Below, piece after piece: positions 34,482 to 37,639 of a stretch of 37,639 nt of DNA (position 1 is the first letter of the stretch; each line of letters starts with the position of its first letter). Origin of the DNA: an uncultured Lentisphaeria bacterium (GTDB lineage: Bacteria > Verrucomicrobiota > Lentisphaeria > Victivallales > Victivallaceae); NCBI GenBank assembly GCA_903840185.1, contig CAIMFA010000686.1, forward strand, positions 1-37,639, read 5' to 3'. The translations under genes were made by a program, and so were the position numbers. A model generated the notes under the pieces. That model had not been told where the DNA came from and did no database searches. It saw only the letters and a list, made by a program, of their open reading frames with translations.

Positions 34482-35962
34482 GGTTTGGCATTCTTAATCG
34501 AATAGATCCGCTGGAAATTTTTCCCGGCGGACACAGGATCAAGAATCTTGTCTTTGAACCGTCCGGTAAATGCACTTTCGTCTCCTCCTCCGGTCAGAAT
34601 CGCTTTCCGGCAGTTATTCCCGATTGACAGGACTTTCCCTCTCGGGTTGTCAAAGCACCATACATCCTGCGAAACTCCCAGCATTTTTCCATAGAAAACA
34701 ATTGAATACGGGTCCGCATTAAAACTGATATAGATCCTGGCGTCCGGCTCCGCCGCCCCCTGCACCTGAAGGGATTTTACCGCGTCAAACGGGTTGAAAC
34801 TCTCCTTCATGTAGTACGGGCAGAAAAAGTCATCCAGAGCCTGCTGCCCGACATATTTTGCCGAAAGATATTCTTTAATCTCCTGCTGCGCCATCCCGCA
34901 GGCAAAAACCGCGCCCGCAAGTACGGCCAGCGGCAGCAGCGGTTTCACCGCCAGACGGTATTGCTTTAATCTGGCCAGCGCAAACAGATGTCCCAGTCCG
35001 CGGCAGAGTAAATACATCCACACCGGCCAGATGGAGAAGAAGACTCTGGGAAACGGCGCAGGCGAAATGATTAAGAAAAACGGCACCGGCAGCAGCAGCA
35101 CCAGAACCGCGATCAAAGCCCTCCTGCACGAATGCTTTCTCTTCAGCAGCAGCAGCGCGGTAAAAATTACGGTGATGATGACCGGCAGGAATGAAATCGC
35201 CCAGGATAAATAGAGCACAGTCATTGCCGCTATACCATTGCTCCAGCCTTCTTTGAGCGCCATTACTCTGGCGACTCCTCTGGAGACCGGCAGATAAAAC
35301 AGTACCAGCGCAATCAACGGAATGACCGCTAAAAACATGTAGCGGAGAATGAATTTCCGGCTTTTCAGCGGGAATTCCGCAAGACATAAAACTACAGCGC
35401 CGAGAGCGATAATATTAGAGGGAATGGTGCCGACGGCCAGCAGGCTGATGATGAAATAAGCGGTTCCGTTTTTCCAGTCCGGTCCGGTAATCCAGGACCG
35501 CGCAAATTCCAGCGCCATGACGATGAGCAGAAAACTGAGCATATAGCCGCGTATCGCAACGGAATATATCCCGAACGGCAGCGAGAACGCGAAACAAGCG
35601 CAGACCAGCGCGGCCGGCCAGATGCCGCACGGCTTCTTCCACCGGAAGAACATGGTTGCGAATGCGGCAAACGTAATGACCAGCGATAACAGCCGCAGGT
35701 ATACATCGAATGCGACAACCGGCTGGTAGGCGTACGACCAGAATTTAAGCAGTATGGTATATATGATGTGATTGTTCGGGATGACATAGTTATGATAGAT
35801 TTCCACCGGCCCCGGGAGGGCCATGAAATTCATAACCGTCAAAGCCTCGTCAAACCACAGTGGCCGGAAAGCTCCATCCCGGGTAAAATACAGCACCAGA
35901 ATAAAAAGCGCCGCGGCTGTCAGAAAACTCTTCTTGCTTCTACTTTGAGCATGATCCGTCAT
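34478..35962 (-). CDS. Polytopic membrane glycosyltransferase, GT-C fold (GT39/ArnT-like)
   Basis: 494 aa with about 10-12 hydrophobic helices, an early loop motif LWFDEALTV (DE motif typical of GT-C enzymes) and a soluble C-terminal ~130 aa. Confidence 0.6.
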   Translation of the reverse strand: MTDHAQSRSKKSFLTAAALFILVLYFTRDGAFRPLWFDEALTVMNFMALPGPVEIYHNYVIPNNHIIYTILLKFWSYAYQPVVAFDVYLRLLSLVITFAAFATMFFRWKKPCGIWPAALVCACFAFSLPFGIYSVAIRGYMLSFLLIVMALEFARSWITGPDWKNGTAYFIISLLAVGTIPSNIIALGAVVLCLAEFPLKSRKFILRYMFLAVIPLIALVLFYLPVSRGVARVMALKEGWSNGIAAMTVLYLSWAISFLPVIITVIFTALLLLKRKHSCRRALIAVLVLLLPVPFFLIISPAPFPRVFFSIWPVWMYLLCRGLGHLFALARLKQYRLAVKPLLPLAVLAGAVFACGMAQQEIKEYLSAKYVGQQALDDFFCPYYMKESFNPFDAVKSLQVQGAAEPDARIYISFNADPYSIVFYGKMLGVSQDVWCFDNPRGKVLSIGNNCRKAILTGGGDESAFTGRFKDKILDPVSAGKNFQRIYSIKNAKP

Positions 35963-35971
35963 ATCCGCCTT

Positions 35972-36092
35972 TTAGTGTTTTTTAGACTTTTAGGTCTTAG
36001 GTTTCAGGTCTTAGATCTTAGATTTTATCCTGACTCCTGACTTCTGACTCCTGACTTCCATGCCTTTTGAGTTGCTGGCAAAGCCCGCCTTA
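35972..36092 (-). repeat. 100-nt intergenic repeat family, copy B (35993-36092), plus an extended 7-10 bp stutter array
   Basis: The plus strand reads ttagtgtttt/ttagactt/ttaggtc/ttaggtt/tcaggtc/ttagatc/ttagatt/ttatcc/tgactcc/tgacttc/tgactcc/tgacttc. The reverse complement aligns with 26527-26626. The copy starts exactly at the apgM stop codon and points toward the GT-C gene (ATG at 35962). Confidence 0.8.
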
Positions 36093-37313
36093 GTTTAAGC
36101 TCATTACCATGCGCATCAGCTGGTCGCCCTTCATCAGTCCAAGGCGGCCTTTCGGCGCTTCGTTTTCAGTAAAGCGGCAGATGCCGTCAGGGGTGATGCC
36201 CGGACCGCAGACAGCGACAGGAACCGGAGTCGTGGTATGCTGGCGCAGTTTGATCGGCACCGGGTGGTCAGGGAGCACCGCAAAAATCACGGGTTCGTTC
36301 GCCAAAGCTTTCATCACCGGAGCTACGATTTTGGCGTCGAAGTCAGCTATCGCCTGCATTTTCAGGGCCAGATCGCCCATGTGGGAACATTCATCTATCG
36401 CCTCGACATGCAGATACACAAAATCATGCGTCTTCAAGGCTTCCAGCGCCGCCTCGACTTTTCCGGCGTAGTTGGTATCGATGAATCCGGTTGCGCCGGG
36501 AACATCAATCACGTCCATGCAGGCGCATTTAGCCAGTCCTTTGATTACGTCAACCGCGCTGATTACTGCTCCGGTGCGCCCGGAATAGCGCTCGGCAAAC
36601 GGCATCAGCGACGGTTTTCTGCCTGGACTCCACGGCCAGATATGAGATGCCGGAGCGTCTTTCCCCTGGTTCAGCGGATGCAATGCCAGAAATCTGGCGG
36701 TCCGGGCGGAAAGGTCTTCCAGGAATTTCACCGTGTGAACGGCTTTGGCATCGCCGGCCAGCGGAGCAAGTCGCAGTTCATCCAGATGCATCCCTTGGGA
36801 TGAATCCGGCTTGAAATAATCAACCTTGTCAGAGAACTCGCTGCCGTGCAGCACCAGCAGATTGCGGTAGCTTACTCCGGGGTAAAAAGTGACCTTCCCG
36901 CTGCCGAACTCGTGCTGGAGATCGGCCATAATGCGGGCGGACACCGCGTTGTCAATGTGTCCGGCGGAATAATCCAGCAGAATGCCGTCCGGCGAGACCG
37001 TCACCAGATTGCAGCGCCAGGCAATGTCATCCGGTCCCAGTTCAATGCCCTGGCTGACGGCTTCAATCGGACCGCGTCCGGGATAGTTCTGTTCCGGATA
37101 AAAACCCAGTACCGACATGTTGGCCACGTCGGAAGAGGTGGGCAGCCCTTCAGGCAGGGTCAGGAAAGTGCCGCTGGCGCCGCTGGCGGCAATAGCGTCC
37201 ATAGCCGGAGTTTCCACTGCTTCCAGCGGAGTTCTACCCCCCAGCTCATCCAGCGGGAGATCGGCCATCCCGTCTGCAAGAAAAATAATACCTTTCGGCA
37301 TAAAAAGCTCCAT
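36090..37313 (-). CDS. apgM: Cofactor-independent phosphoglycerate mutase, ApgM type
   Basis: 407-aa ORF. The likely start is the ATG at 37301 (MPKGIIFLADGMADLPL..GGRTPLE), with GGAG 6 nt upstream. The metalloenzyme-superfamily N-terminus DGMAD is typical of ApgM. Confidence 0.85.
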   Translation of the reverse strand: MELFMPKGIIFLADGMADLPLDELGGRTPLEAVETPAMDAIAASGASGTFLTLPEGLPTSSDVANMSVLGFYPEQNYPGRGPIEAVSQGIELGPDDIAWRCNLVTVSPDGILLDYSAGHIDNAVSARIMADLQHEFGSGKVTFYPGVSYRNLLVLHGSEFSDKVDYFKPDSSQGMHLDELRLAPLAGDAKAVHTVKFLEDLSARTARFLALHPLNQGKDAPASHIWPWSPGRKPSLMPFAERYSGRTGAVISAVDVIKGLAKCACMDVIDVPGATGFIDTNYAGKVEAALEALKTHDFVYLHVEAIDECSHMGDLALKMQAIADFDAKIVAPVMKALANEPVIFAVLPDHPVPIKLRQHTTTPVPVAVCGPGITPDGICRFTENEAPKGRLGLMKGDQLMRMVMSLN

Positions 37314-37385
37314 GTCTTAAAAAGTTACCCTTCAATATACACCGGAAAAGGCTCTTTTCCAGCAGAAGAAAGAGTCGGAAAACAA

Positions 37386-37460
37386 TTCTAAAGTTCTAAA
37401 GTTTTTACCAGTTACCAGTCACCAGTCACATTCTTTCCATTCTGGACATTCCGGACACCC
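37386..37460. repeat. Concatenated micro-tandem repeats (8-mer x2, 7-mer x3-4, 9-mer x3)
   Basis: ttctaaag/ttctaaag (37386-37401); accagtt/accagtc/accagtc/acattct (37407-37434); ..ccattc/tggacattc/cggacaccc (37437-37460). Confidence 0.85.
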
Positions 37461-37538
37461 TTGTGCAGAACCGTCCCGTCATTGCGGGACCGTTTATCGC
37501 ACGAAGACACGGAGGCACAAAGAACAGCCAGTTTTAAC

Positions 37539-37564
37539 ATCTGCGCCAATCTGCGTCATCTGCG
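37539..37564. repeat. Triple ATCTGCG stutter (periods 10 and 9)
   Basis: atctgcg occurs at 37539, 37549 and 37558. Confidence 0.8.
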
Positions 37565-37614
37565 GATCATTCCGGAGACATTAGAGAGTCGTTGAACACA
37601 ACTGTGCAAAGTAG

Positions 37615-37635
37615 GGCGGTTTTGCCAAAACCGCC
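37615..37635. terminator. Perfect 9-bp hairpin at the window edge (possible terminator of a gene to the right)
   Basis: ggcggtttt (37615-37623), loop gcc, aaaaccgcc (37627-37635). No clean U-tract on either strand. The half-motif ggcaaaaccgcc also occurs at 26500-26511. Confidence 0.3.
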
Positions 37636-37639
37636 TCAT

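Noticed and set aside
37559-37639. 27-codon minus-strand ORF starting at the last three bases of the window (MRRFWQNRPTLHS..)
   Set aside because: It begins inside a perfect hairpin, is Arg-rich and lacks an RBS. It is more likely terminator or spacer sequence.

Overview
This is a 37.6-kb chromosomal window, probably from a PVC-superphylum bacterium (Lentisphaerota, Kiritimatiellota or Verrucomicrobiota-like). That placement is inferred from an H-X9-DG-type pseudopilin paralogue next to glycoside hydrolases; it is not proven. Left to right: (1) a window-truncated copy of an unclassified structured repeat. (2) An RND efflux pair, pump plus adaptor, on the minus strand. (3) tRNA-Val followed by a visibly AT-richer 2.2-kb islet with two secreted or lipoprotein genes; the islet ends at a degenerate copy of the tRNA 3' end. 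(4) A roughly 13-kb single-strand glycan locus: GntR/LacI-hybrid regulator, pseudopilin-like protein, tandem CBM-like secreted protein, 1190-aa secreted multidomain clan GH-A enzyme, then cytoplasmic GH3, GH94-like phosphorylase (apparently frameshifted near its 3' end) and a GH95/DUF5703-like hydrolase. No transporter is encoded in it. (5) A phosphofructokinase gene. (6) A roughly 270-nt highly structured element closed by a 23-bp inverted repeat. (7) A polyphosphate module: ppx-ppk1 divergent from Nudix plus CYTH/CHAD. (8) A zinc-ribbon/Ser-Thr kinase/HEAT protein translationally coupled (TAATG) to an IclR-like regulator. (9) A secreted hypothetical protein, a small tail-anchored protein, a GT-C (GT39-like) membrane glycosyltransferase and an ApgM-type phosphoglycerate mutase. 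Several intergenic regions carry unusual short tandem 'stutter' repeats with 7-13 bp units. One 100-nt repeat family occurs twice, each time pointing at a downstream gene. No CRISPR array, rRNA, integrase or transposase was seen. Everything rests on hand reading of the sequence and the ORF track, with no database searches.
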